A stretch of 31,673 bases of DNA from Pseudonocardiaceae bacterium (GCA_036008865.1 DASYMV010000373.1:1-31673); one strand, 5' to 3'. Shown: positions 1-8,864, counted from the first letter of the stretch. Translations and numbers: made by a program. Notes: generated from the letters alone by a model not told the origin.

Positions 1-2676
1 GTTCGTGTGCAGGCTGTTCGCGTTGTCATAGAGGGCGTTGAGCGCCTGAAGCGTCGTCCGGATGTCGTTGAAGGACATCTCCTGCGCGTGCAGTGAGCGG
101 CCCGAGGTCTGCACGTGGTACTTCAATTTCTGTGACCGCTCGTCGGCGCCGTAGCGGTCGCGCAGCGCGATCGCCCAGATGCGGCGCGCGACCCGGCCGA
201 GCACGGAGTACTCAGGATCCATGCCGTTGGAGAAGAAGAACGACAGGTTCGGCGCGAAGTCGTCGACGTCCATCCCGCGCGCCAGGTAGGACTCGACGTA
301 GGTGAACCCGTTGGCCAGCGTGAAGGCCAGCTGGCTGATCGGGTTCGCTCCGGCCTCGGCGATGTGGTAGCCCGAGATCGACACCGAGTAGAAGTTGCGG
401 ACCTGGTTCTGGATGAACCACTCCTGGATGTCGGCCATCATCCGCAGGGAGAACTCGGTGGAGAAGATGCAGGTGTTCTGCCCCTGGTCCTCCTTGAGGA
501 TGTCGGCCTGCACCGTGCCCCGCACGTTGGCCAGCGCCCACGCGCGCACCTCGGCGGCCTCCCGCTCGTCGGGCTCGCGGCCGTGCTCGGCGCGGAACGC
601 GTCCAGCCGCTGGTCGACGGCTGTGTTGAGGAAGTAGGCCAGGATCGTCGGCGCCGGGCCGTTGATCGTCATCGACACCGAGGTGGTCGGCGAGGTCAGG
701 TCGAACCCGTCGTAGAGCGCCTTCATGTCCTCCAGCGTGGCGATCGACACGCCGGACGTGCCGACCTTGCCGTAGACGTCCGGCGGGGTGTCCGGGTCGT
801 TCCCGTACAGCGTCACCGAGTCGAACGCGGTGGACAGCCGCTTGGCGTCGGAGCCGGCCGACAGGTACTTGAAGCGGCGGTTGGTCCGGAAGGCGTCGCC
901 CTCCCCGGCGAACATCCGCGCCGGATCCTCACCCTCCCGCTTGAACGGGAACACCCCCGCGGTGAACGGGAAGCAACCCGGTAGGTTCTCCCGGCGCAGG
1001 AACCGCAACAACGAGCCCTCGTCGTCGTACCGCGGCAACGCCACCCGTGCAACCTTGTTGCCCGAGAGCGTCTCCCGCGTCAACGCCGTGCGGATCTCCT
1101 CGCCCCGCACGGTGAACACCATCTCGTCGCCGGAGTAGTCCTCAACCGTCTTCGGCCACGCGGCGAGCAGCGCCTCGGTCCCACGGTCGATCTTGTGCTG
1201 TGCCTCGGCCTCCAGCTTCTCGATGTCCGAAGTGGACGCTCCGGCCGCTGCCAGCGCCTCGCGCGCCGCGCAGAGGTGGCCGTGCTCGCGCACCGCCGCC
1301 ACCTGCGCGTCGGTCTTGCGGTGGTAGCCGCGCACCGTGTCGGCGATGTCGGAGAGGTACCGGGCGCGCGACGCCGGGACGATGGTCGAGGCCGACGTCG
1401 AGACCTTGCCCGACACCTTCGGCAGCAACCCGTCCTCCGCCTGCAGGCCGTGCTCGGCGAGGCCGGAGACGACGTGCTGGTACAGCGCGGTGACACCGTC
1501 GTCGTTGAAGGTCGCGGCGCTGGTGCCGAAGACCGGCATGTCCTCCCACGACGCGCCGAAGGCCTCCCGGTTGCGCACGAGCTGGCGGGCCACGTCACGG
1601 CGGGCGTCCTCCGCGCCACGACGCTCGAACTTGTTGATCGCCACCGCGTCGGCGAAGTCCAGCATGTCGATCTTCTCCAGCTGCGACGCGGCACCGAACT
1701 CCGGCGTCATCACGTAGAGCGAGAAGTCCACGAACGGCACGATCGCCGCGTCACCCTGCCCGATGCCCGGCGTCTCGACGATCACCAGATCGGCACCGGA
1801 CGCCTTGCAGGCCGCGATCGCGTCGGCCAGACCGTCCGGCACCTCCGCCCCGGCGCGGCGGGTTGCGAGCGACCGGAAGAAGACCCGCTCCCCGTCGAGG
1901 CAGTTCATGCGGATCCGGTCACCCAACAGTGCTCCGCCACCGCGCCGCCGCGTGGGGTCGACGGCCAGCACCGCGATGCGCAGCTTGTCCTGCTGGTCCA
2001 GGCGGAACCGGCGCACGAGCTCGTCGGTGAGCGACGACTTGCCCGAGCCACCGGTGCCCGTGATGCCGAGCACCGGCACGGCGCGAGCAGCGGCCTGCTC
2101 GGCGATGCGCGCACCCAGCTCGTCGGGCACCCGTCCCGCTTCGATCAACGTGATGGCCCTCGCGAGTGCGTCCACGCTGCCGGTGAACAGGCCGTCGAAG
2201 CTGTCGGGGACGCACTCGGCGAGGTCGTGGTCGCACGCCCGGATCATCGAATTGATCATCTGGGCGAGGCCCAGGCTCTGCCCGTCGGACGGGGAGAAGA
2301 TCTTGGCCACGCCACGCGAGTGCAGCAGTTCGATCTCCTCAGGCACGATCACGCCACCGCCGCCGCCGAAGACCTTCACGTGGGAGGCACCGCGCTCGGC
2401 GAGCAGTTCCACGAGGTAGGAGAAGTACTCGACGTGCCCGCCCTGGTAGGCGCTGATGGCCACACCCTGGACGTCCTCCTGGATCGCCGCATCGACGACC
2501 TCGCGGACCGACCGGTTGTGCCCCAGGTGGATCACCTCGGCGCCCTGCGACTGCAGGATCCGCCGCATGATGTTGATCGCGGCGTCGTGCCCGTCGAACA
2601 GGCTGGACGCGGTGACGAAGCGGACCGGGTTGACCGGCCTGTGCAGGGAGTCGGCACTGTGCAGTGGGGTCGCCAT
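1..2676 (-). CDS. icmF: Fused isobutyryl-CoA mutase / MeaB-like GTPase (IcmF); 3' end runs off the left edge
   Basis: Open frame from ATG at 2676 to base 1 (absent from the ORF track because there is no stop). N-terminal B12-binding domain (FDGHDAAINIMRRILQ), GTPase motifs (GTGGSGKSS, ETPGIGQ, NKFE) and mutase barrel (RLSTAFDSVTLYG, QADILKEDQGQNTC, ISGYHIAEAGA, YHVQTSGRSL). Confidence 0.95.
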   Translation of the reverse strand, partial: MATPLHSADSLHRPVNPVRFVTASSLFDGHDAAINIMRRILQSQGAEVIHLGHNRSVREVVDAAIQEDVQGVAISAYQGGHVEYFSYLVELLAERGASHVKVFGGGGGVIVPEEIELLHSRGVAKIFSPSDGQSLGLAQMINSMIRACDHDLAECVPDSFDGLFTGSVDALARAITLIEAGRVPDELGARIAEQAAARAVPVLGITGTGGSGKSSLTDELVRRFRLDQQDKLRIAVLAVDPTRRRGGGALLGDRIRMNCLDGERVFFRSLATRRAGAEVPDGLADAIAACKASGADLVIVETPGIGQGDAAIVPFVDFSLYVMTPEFGAASQLEKIDMLDFADAVAINKFERRGAEDARRDVARQLVRNREAFGASWEDMPVFGTSAATFNDDGVTALYQHVVSGLAEHGLQAEDGLLPKVSGKVSTSASTIVPASRARYLSDIADTVRGYHRKTDAQVAAVREHGHLCAAREALAAAGASTSDIEKLEAEAQHKIDRGTEALLAAWPKTVEDYSGDEMVFTVRGEEIRTALTRETLSGNKVARVALPRYDDEGSLLRFLRRENLPGCFPFTAGVFPFKREGEDPARMFAGEGDAFRTNRRFKYLSAGSDAKRLSTAFDSVTLYGNDPDTPPDVYGKVGTSGVSIATLEDMKALYDGFDLTSPTTSVSMTINGPAPTILAYFLNTAVDQRLDAFRAEHGREPDEREAAEVRAWALANVRGTVQADILKEDQGQNTCIFSTEFSLRMMADIQEWFIQNQVRNFYSVSISGYHIAEAGANPISQLAFTLANGFTYVESYLARGMDVDDFAPNLSFFFSNGMDPEYSVLGRVARRIWAIALRDRYGADERSQKLKYHVQTSGRSLHAQEMSFNDIRTTLQALNALYDNANSLHTN

Positions 2677-2850
2677 CAGCTCTTCCGTCCTCGCTCGCTG
2701 CGCGTCCGCGGTGACGCACGAACTTACTTTGACTTCCTACTATCTCAGGAGCAACTGTCGTGTGTCCAAGCTCTCTCTGTTGAGATCGACCTGCAGGCCC
2801 GGCTCAGCGGAGGTATCAAGGAGTCGGGGCAGGACAGAGGTGTGCGAACA

Positions 2851-3195
2851 GTGATCGTGGAGATCGCGGTCGAGCGGTACCACTTCGTCTGCGGCCACTG
2901 CGGGTACGAGTGGACAGCCGACTACGACGTGCAGTACCTGCGGGACTACTTGGGTGAGGTCCTCGCGTTCTACCGCCTGAACGGCGCGCCGGTGGAGCCG
3001 CCGCCTGGTGACGTGATCATCTGTCCCAGGTGCGGTGAGGGGCCGGTGCGTGTCGAGCTGATCGGTCGGCGTGACGTCCCGGTCGCCTCGCTGGACTCCG
3101 ACGAGCCCCGCCAGAAGGTGACCACCACGCCTGAGGAGCGGCGCGCCTCGGTGCCCCACCTCGACGCGCACGACGGCGGCACGTCGCGATCGTGA
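2851..3195 (+). CDS. Small zinc-ribbon-like protein (two CxxC motifs), uncharacterised actinobacterial type, 114 aa
   Basis: True gene is the 3' end of track ORF 1195..3195. GTG start with AGAGG SD about 10 nt upstream, GC3-rich codons, motifs YHFVCGHCGYEW and IICPRCG. Confidence 0.8.
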   Translation: MIVEIAVERYHFVCGHCGYEWTADYDVQYLRDYLGEVLAFYRLNGAPVEPPPGDVIICPRCGEGPVRVELIGRRDVPVASLDSDEPRQKVTTTPEERRASVPHLDAHDGGTSRS

Positions 3196-3207
3196 CAGGC
3201 CCTCGGG

Positions 3208-3739
3208 TCATCCGGTGGCCGCCGGCGCCGAACCCTCCGTGACGAACAGGGGGCTCGCGATGTCCTCGAGCGATCGCTGGGACGCCTCGACACCGAGCAG
3301 GAGTTCCACCACGCCGCCGAGGATCATCACCACCGCACCGATGCAGTAGCCCATCGCGACCGCGCTCGGGCTACCGGTGCTGACGAGCTGACCGAACAGT
3401 GCCGGCCCGATGATGCCGCCGAGCGCGGTGCCCATCGAGTAGAGCAGAGCGATCGCCATGGCCCGGATCTCCAGTGGGAAGATCTCCGACACCGTGAGAT
3501 ACGCCGCGCTCGCCCCCGGCTCCGGCACCGGTGAGCAAGCGCATGAGGAAGAACCACCAGGGACTGAAGGAGAACGCGGTCAGCACCGCGCCGATGACGT
3601 AGCACGACGCGGTGAGACCCACCTGGGCCTCGGTGAGCCCGAGCCCGAGGATCACGGTCCAGTGCCACCTCGACCACGGCAGCCGGTCCATCCGCGCCGG
3701 AACGTCGGTCTCCACCGTGCTTCTCGGAGTGTCGGTCAT
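3208..3739 (-). pseudogene. MFS transporter pseudogene with several internal deletions and a frameshift
   Basis: MFS N-terminus (MTDTPRSTVETDVPARMDRLPWSRWHW) at 3739 and MFS C-terminus (GASAAYLTVSEIFPLEIRAMAIALLYSMGTALGGIIGPALFG) in a different frame. Only about 530 bp remain, far short of a 12-TM MFS gene. Confidence 0.8.
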
Positions 3740-3800
3740 CGCCACGCCGGCCACCGTCCTCGAGCCCCCAAGTCGATCAGTCGCGACTGTGCTTCCCGAT

Positions 3801-4748
3801 TCACCGATCGGGCGAACTCCCGTCATCCGCACGCAGACGCAGCACCGGAACACCCGGCGTGACGGCAATGGCTCCGGCCACGCGGTCGAGCACGACGAGA
3901 CCGACCTCAGCGGGCATCGCGGGCTCGTCGGAGGGGAAGAACAGGAACTCCGGTTCGGCGACGGCTTCCGACCGCATGGCCGCCACCGCGTCGGCGTCGG
4001 GCTGCCTGCCCCGCCCGAACACGGGGTCGGCCGGTGCCACCGACGCCATGACATCGACCTGTGGTCGAGTGGCGCGGGCAGGCCCGAGCCAGGCCGTCGG
4101 CCCCGGCGTGGACAGCCCTGCGAGCAGGCCGACCGCTCCCAGCCGCACCGGATCCGGTCCGGACAACTCGGCGTCACGACCGCTGACGACGCGGCACAAC
4201 GCCGCCGCCTCCACGTCGTCGGGCGGGGTGATGCCGAGCAGTGTCGCGGCCTCGGCGGGGTCCAGCCCGTCTGCGTGGCCGCGCCGCAGCGGCCAGAAGG
4301 GGAACGCCGGTGCCGGCCAGGCGTACGGCAGGTCGTCGGGAACGTCCGGCCCGAACAGCGGCCGGTAGTGGTCCGGGTCCTTGCGCAGCAACGACGACTG
4401 GTGGCTCAGATGCACCGCGGGCTCGCCCAGCCACGGCGGGAGCTGTCCCGTCGCGGCCAGCCGGCCACCGTCCGGCAGCTGCCCACCGGTGAACGCGAGC
4501 AGTTGGGGCAGGACGGTGTCGTCGTGTCCGAGCGCCGACCACCGCTGGCAGATCGCCACGCCGTACAGCACGAGCGCGGGCACGAAGCCCCGCCACATCT
4601 TGACCGCCGGGTGGTTCTTCCAGCCGTAACTGGGCCACACCAGTGCCCGCAGGATCTGGAGGGTCTCCACGCGCTGCTTGCCGAGCCTGCGCACGTCGAG
4701 CGCCGCGGCGCTGTCGGTGAAGCCCGCGAAGGGCAGGAACGTCTGCAT
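3801..4748 (-). CDS. MSMEG_6728-family / pyrimidine-dimer DNA glycosylase-like protein with a C-terminal degenerate RecQ-like domain, 315 aa
   Basis: Starts MQTFLPF, with LDVRRLGKQRVETLQI, GWKNHPAVKMWRG, LPPWLG and HLSHQSSLLRKDPDHY, all typical of the family. About 160 extra C-terminal residues. The track ORF 3801..5111 is over-extended upstream. Confidence 0.88.
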   Translation of the reverse strand: MQTFLPFAGFTDSAAALDVRRLGKQRVETLQILRALVWPSYGWKNHPAVKMWRGFVPALVLYGVAICQRWSALGHDDTVLPQLLAFTGGQLPDGGRLAATGQLPPWLGEPAVHLSHQSSLLRKDPDHYRPLFGPDVPDDLPYAWPAPAFPFWPLRRGHADGLDPAEAATLLGITPPDDVEAAALCRVVSGRDAELSGPDPVRLGAVGLLAGLSTPGPTAWLGPARATRPQVDVMASVAPADPVFGRGRQPDADAVAAMRSEAVAEPEFLFFPSDEPAMPAEVGLVVLDRVAGAIAVTPGVPVLRLRADDGSSPDR

Positions 4749-4760
4749 GTCGCGTCGCGG

Positions 4761-4786
4761 GTACCCCGTCCGCAACACATCGACAC
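4761..4786 (-). promoter_or_regulatory. Putative SigF/SigB-type promoter of the glycosylase-like gene
   Basis: Minus strand reads GTGT-N16-GGGTAC-N12-ATG, resembling the actinobacterial SigF/SigB consensus (GTTT/GNNT-N14-17-GGGTA). No SD before the ATG. Confidence 0.45.
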
Positions 4787-4886
4787 GATCACGCGTCAGC
4801 GCGGCCGGTGGCACCGGAGCGCCTTCACCGTGCGCGGTCCCGGTCAGCCCTCTAGGTTCGGTTCGGGGCGTGACGGGAGGGGCGCT

Positions 4887-5243
4887 ATGGGTGCGGATCG
4901 GTGGCAGTACCTGGCGTTGATGGCGGCATGCCTCGCGGTCACCGCGCCGTTGGAGCCGCTCGGCGCGGGCGTCTACCGCAGGGCCGGCAGGCTGGCACGC
5001 ACACTCCTCCCGGTGGTGGCCGTGTTCGCGGTGTGGGACGTGGTGGCGATCGCCCGCGGTCACTGGAGTTACAACGCTCGGTACACCACCGGGCTGTCGT
5101 TGCCGGGGCACGTCCCGGTGGAGGAACTGGTCTTCTTCGTCGTCATCCCGCTGTGCGCGATCCTGACCTACGAGGTCGTGTCAGCGCAGACCGCCCCGCG
5201 TCCGCTGGAGCCCGTGCTGCCCGGCGGCCGGAGCGCGGCTTGA
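4887..5243 (+). CDS. crtYc: Heterodimeric lycopene cyclase subunit (CrtYc-like), 118 aa
   Basis: Hydrophobic; motifs WDVVAIARGHWSYN and PVEELVFFVVIPLCAILTYE. GGGAGG SD at 4875-4880. Lies within the crt cluster. Confidence 0.85.
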   Translation: MGADRWQYLALMAACLAVTAPLEPLGAGVYRRAGRLARTLLPVVAVFAVWDVVAIARGHWSYNARYTTGLSLPGHVPVEELVFFVVIPLCAILTYEVVSAQTAPRPLEPVLPGGRSAA

Positions 5244-5557
5244 ACGCCGAGTACCTGATCGCCGCATCCGTCGCCTCGGTGCTGGTCGTCCTGGCCGAAC
5301 TCCTGGTGCTGCGCACGGGCCTGTTCCGCCGCAAGGCCTACTGGATCACGATGGTCGTCGTCTTCGCGTTCCAGGTCCTGGTCGACGGATGGCTGACCAA
5401 GCTGAGCGCACCGGTCGTGCTCTACGCCGACTGGGCGATCAGCGGCCTGCGCATCCCCTGGGACATTCCCGCCGAGGACTTCCTGTTCGGTTTCGCGATG
5501 GTCACCGCCACGCTGCTGCTGTGGGAGCGGGCGCGCGCACGAGAGGGGACGGGGTGA
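5240..5557 (+). CDS. crtYd: Heterodimeric lycopene cyclase subunit (CrtYd-like), 105 aa
   Basis: TTG start overlapping the upstream stop (TTGA). Motifs FQVLVDGWLT and IPAEDFLFGFAMV; hydrophobic. Confidence 0.83.
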   Translation: MNAEYLIAASVASVLVVLAELLVLRTGLFRRKAYWITMVVVFAFQVLVDGWLTKLSAPVVLYADWAISGLRIPWDIPAEDFLFGFAMVTATLLLWERARAREGTG

Positions 5558-6288
5558 ACGAGGCCGGCAGGCTGGACGCGACGGACGTGCCCGGCGCGTT
5601 CGACGCTGCGGCACGCAGCTACGACGTGCTGGTGGGGGCCAATCCCGGCTACCACGCCGCCCTGCGGCGTTCTGCGCTTCGGCTCGGCCTGCGCGGAGGT
5701 GGTGCGGGCTTGCGGGTGCTCGACCTGGGCTGCGGGACGGGAGCGTCCACCGCCGCCCTTCTCGCGGTGGCGCCGCGCGCCGAGGTCGTCGCCGTGGACG
5801 CCTCGGCGGGCATGCTGGCGCGCGCGAGGAGCAAGAGCTGGCCGGAATCGGTGACCTTCGTGCATTCGCGCGCGGAGGATCTCGCCGAGGCGGGAGTCGA
5901 CGGCTCGTTCGACGCGGTGTTCGCCGCGTACCTGGTGCGCAACCTGCCGGAGCCGGACCCGCTGCTGAAAACGGTGCTCGGTCTGCTCCAGCCGGGTGCG
6001 CCGTTCGTGGCGCACGAGTACTCCGTGCGCGACTCCCGCGTGCGGTCGCTGATCTGGTCCGCTGTGTGCTGGACGGTGATCATCCCCAGTGGCACCGTCG
6101 CGACGCGCGATCCCGGTCTCTACACCTACTTGTGGCGCAGCGTGCTGAGGTTCGACGGCACCGAGGAGTTCACCAACCGGTTGCGCGCCAGCGGGTTCAC
6201 CGATGTCGCCACGTTCGACGTTCCCGGCTGGCAGCGCGGGATCGTCCACACCTTCACGGGCAGGCGCCCGGCACGGGAGATCGCATGA
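5554..6288 (+). CDS. crtT: Class I SAM-dependent methyltransferase (CrtT-like), 244 aa
   Basis: GTGA overlap with the upstream gene. SAM motif VLDLGCGTG, VDASAGML and FDAVFAAYLVRN. Position next to crtU as in Streptomyces crt clusters. Confidence 0.78.
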   Translation: MNEAGRLDATDVPGAFDAAARSYDVLVGANPGYHAALRRSALRLGLRGGGAGLRVLDLGCGTGASTAALLAVAPRAEVVAVDASAGMLARARSKSWPESVTFVHSRAEDLAEAGVDGSFDAVFAAYLVRNLPEPDPLLKTVLGLLQPGAPFVAHEYSVRDSRVRSLIWSAVCWTVIIPSGTVATRDPGLYTYLWRSVLRFDGTEEFTNRLRASGFTDVATFDVPGWQRGIVHTFTGRRPAREIA

Positions 6289-7886
6289 CGACCGATCAGC
6301 GCCCTGGCCGCGACCGCCGCGCGGTTCGCGTCCCCGCACCTGCGGGGCGCCCCCGGCTGACCGGGACGGACGGCCCCCCGCGGGTCGCCGTGGTCGGCGG
6401 CGGGATCGCCGGCCTCGCCGCGGCAACCGTGCTCGCCGAACGCGGCGCGCACGTCGTGGTCTGCGAGAGGGAGCCGTACCTCGGCGGCCGCGCGGGCGGC
6501 TGGCCGACCACGCTCGCCGACGGCAGCCAGGTCACCATGACCAGGGGCTTCCACGCCTTCTTCCGGCAGTACTACAACCTGCGCGCACTGCTGCGCCGCG
6601 CGGACCCGGCGGGCACCGCACTGGTCGGGCTGGACGACTACCCGCTCTGGCACGCCGGCGGCCACGAGGAGGGTTTCGCGGGGTTGCCGCGGTCGACCCC
6701 GTGGAACGCCATGGGCTTCCTCTTCCGCAGCCCCACGTTCGCCTGGCGGGACCTGGCCAAGGTCGACGCCCGCGCCGCGCTGCCACTGCTGAACGTGTCC
6801 GTGCCGAGGACCTACCAGGAGCTCGACGCACTGGACGCGGCGAGCTACATCAACGCGATCCGATTCCCGCCCGCCGCGCACGCGCTGGCCTTCGAGGTCT
6901 TCTCCCGCAGCTTCTTCGCGCATCCGCAGGACATGTCGGCCGCGGAACTCGCGACCATGTTCCACATCTACTTCCTCGGCTCCGCAGAGGGACTGCTGTT
7001 CGACGTGGCGGCCGACCCGTTCCCGCACGCGCTGTGGGATCCGCTGGCCCGGTACCTGACCTCGCTCGGCACCGAGGTGCGCACGGGCACGCCGGTGTCC
7101 GTGATCGGCAAGGGCGGTCCGCGCCGGTTCGAGGTGCACCTCGGCACCGGAGAGCCCCCGATTCAGGCGGACGCGGTCGTACTGGCGGCTGACGTCGGCG
7201 GCCTGCGGCGGATCGTGGAGTCCTCGGACGAGCTCGGCGGCCCGGAGTGGCGCGACCACGTCGGGCAGCTGCGCAACGCGCCGCCGTTCCTGGTCTCGCG
7301 CCTGTGGCTCGACCGGCCGGTGCGAGCGGACCGACCGGGTTTTCTGGGCACCAGCGGGTACGACCTGCTGGACAACGTGTCGGTGCTGAACCACTACGAG
7401 CACGAGGCACGGGCCTGGGCCGCCCGCAACAACGGCGCGGTGGTGGAGTTGCACGGATACGCGCTGCCGTCCGGTGTGGACGAGGCCGAGGGCCGCGAGC
7501 GGCTCATCACCCAGCTGCACGAGGTGTACCCGGAGACGACCGGCGCACGGATCGTGGACGAACGACACGAGTTGCGCCAGGACTGCCCGCTGTTCCCACC
7601 GGGTGGCCACGCGCTGCGACCGGGCGTGCGGACTCCGGAGGACTTCCTCGTGCTGGCGGGTGACCTGGTGCGCATCGACCTGCCCGTGGCGCTGATGGAG
7701 CGGGCCGCGACGACGGGCTTCACCGCGGCCAACCTGCTGCTGCAGCGCTGGGGTGTGGCGGGCACGCCGCTGTGGAGCGTGCCCACCTCCGGCCGCAACC
7801 CGTCACTGAGCGCCCTCGCCCGGCGCTTCGGCCGCAACCCCGTCCCCGCTCAACCGACCCAACGGCCCGTGCTGCGCAAGGTGTAG
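6285..7886 (+). CDS. crtU: Beta-carotene desaturase/methyltransferase (isorenieratene synthase, CrtU-like), 533 aa
   Basis: ATGA overlap. FAD-binding VAVVGGGIAGLAAA..ERE..LGGR, RGFHAFFRQYYNL and C-terminal LAGD..R.DLPVALMERAATTG. Confidence 0.85.
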   Translation: MTTDQRPGRDRRAVRVPAPAGRPRLTGTDGPPRVAVVGGGIAGLAAATVLAERGAHVVVCEREPYLGGRAGGWPTTLADGSQVTMTRGFHAFFRQYYNLRALLRRADPAGTALVGLDDYPLWHAGGHEEGFAGLPRSTPWNAMGFLFRSPTFAWRDLAKVDARAALPLLNVSVPRTYQELDALDAASYINAIRFPPAAHALAFEVFSRSFFAHPQDMSAAELATMFHIYFLGSAEGLLFDVAADPFPHALWDPLARYLTSLGTEVRTGTPVSVIGKGGPRRFEVHLGTGEPPIQADAVVLAADVGGLRRIVESSDELGGPEWRDHVGQLRNAPPFLVSRLWLDRPVRADRPGFLGTSGYDLLDNVSVLNHYEHEARAWAARNNGAVVELHGYALPSGVDEAEGRERLITQLHEVYPETTGARIVDERHELRQDCPLFPPGGHALRPGVRTPEDFLVLAGDLVRIDLPVALMERAATTGFTAANLLLQRWGVAGTPLWSVPTSGRNPSLSALARRFGRNPVPAQPTQRPVLRKV

Positions 7887-8854
7887 CGGCGCTCGGCGTA
7901 GTCGAGGTCGTCGCGCCACAACCGCTTGGCCGCCCACTCCATCACCGGGCGCAGTGCCGGCGCCACCGGACGGGCCATTGCGAACCCACGGCGGTCGGAG
8001 TGGGCGATGGTCGCCTCGATGACGGCGGTGCGCGGGACACCGTCGGGACCGGGGCCGAGCGGCGTGGCGTGCGTCTCCACCACGCTGCCCTCACCCTCGC
8101 CGTCGACGATGCTCATGACGACGGTCCTCGGCTCGGGGCAGGTGAAGGCGGCGACGACCGGCACGCCGACCCTGCCCGCGACGCGGAAGGTCACCTCCAC
8201 CAGGAAGCGGTCGGCCTCCCCGTTGAGTTCCATGTCCGCGGTCGGCGCATCGATCACCCTGAGGTTGGCGAAGGAGTACGGGTGGAACCACGCCCCGTGC
8301 CACGGGTCCAGCCGGTTCGCCACCACGTCCTCCGGCTCGCACCGGCCCTCCACGGTCGCCACCGCGTCGATCGCGCCTGCGGGTGGGCGGGCGGGGATCA
8401 CCGGTCGCCCGAGGGGCTCTTCTCCGCCGACGGCGTCGAGCCGCACCCACGCCAGCACGCCGTCGTCGTGCGCGGGATACGGGCTCCAGCTGCCGAACTT
8501 GCGAGCTCCCAGCGCGAGACCGTGCCAACGGCACACCAGCTGTCCACCGTGCACCGCCGCGTCGCACAGCGGCGCCCCGAGGTGCGGACAGGACCCCGGC
8601 CCCGCCAGCAGGGTGCCGTCGGCACCGCGCCACGCCACCACCTCGCGGCCCCCGACGGTGCGGCCGAAGGGCTTGCGCGCGGTGACCTCACGACTCGCGC
8701 CCAGCACGAACCAGTTGCCCGAGGGCCGGCTCTGGGCGCGCTTCAACGCCGCGGCGATGAGCGCCGGCTTCGCGTCCGCCCAGGTCGGTCGCTGCTCGGG
8801 CCAGGGCTGTGCGGCGAAGCGCCGCAACGGGATCGAGCGACGTGCGGGTGACAT
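7850..8854 (-). CDS. crtV: Rieske 2Fe-2S + DUF5914-like protein (CrtV-like), 334 aa
   Basis: Rieske ligands CPHLG...CRWHG; NRLDPWHGAWFHPYSF; AGGAG SD. Found in actinobacterial crt clusters. Confidence 0.75.
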   Translation of the reverse strand: MSPARRSIPLRRFAAQPWPEQRPTWADAKPALIAAALKRAQSRPSGNWFVLGASREVTARKPFGRTVGGREVVAWRGADGTLLAGPGSCPHLGAPLCDAAVHGGQLVCRWHGLALGARKFGSWSPYPAHDDGVLAWVRLDAVGGEEPLGRPVIPARPPAGAIDAVATVEGRCEPEDVVANRLDPWHGAWFHPYSFANLRVIDAPTADMELNGEADRFLVEVTFRVAGRVGVPVVAAFTCPEPRTVVMSIVDGEGEGSVVETHATPLGPGPDGVPRTAVIEATIAHSDRRGFAMARPVAPALRPVMEWAAKRLWRDDLDYAERRYTLRSTGRWVG

Positions 8855-8864
8855 CGGAGCACTC

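Noticed and set aside
1195-2850. 5' part of the 666-aa plus-strand ORF 1195..3195
   Set aside because: Antisense shadow of icmF caused by high-GC codon bias; only the last 114 codons look like a real gene.
2677-2850. Possible cobalamin riboswitch upstream of B12-dependent icmF
   Set aside because: No B12-box or other conserved riboswitch core is recognisable; only an AT-rich promoter-like tract. An Rfam scan would settle it.
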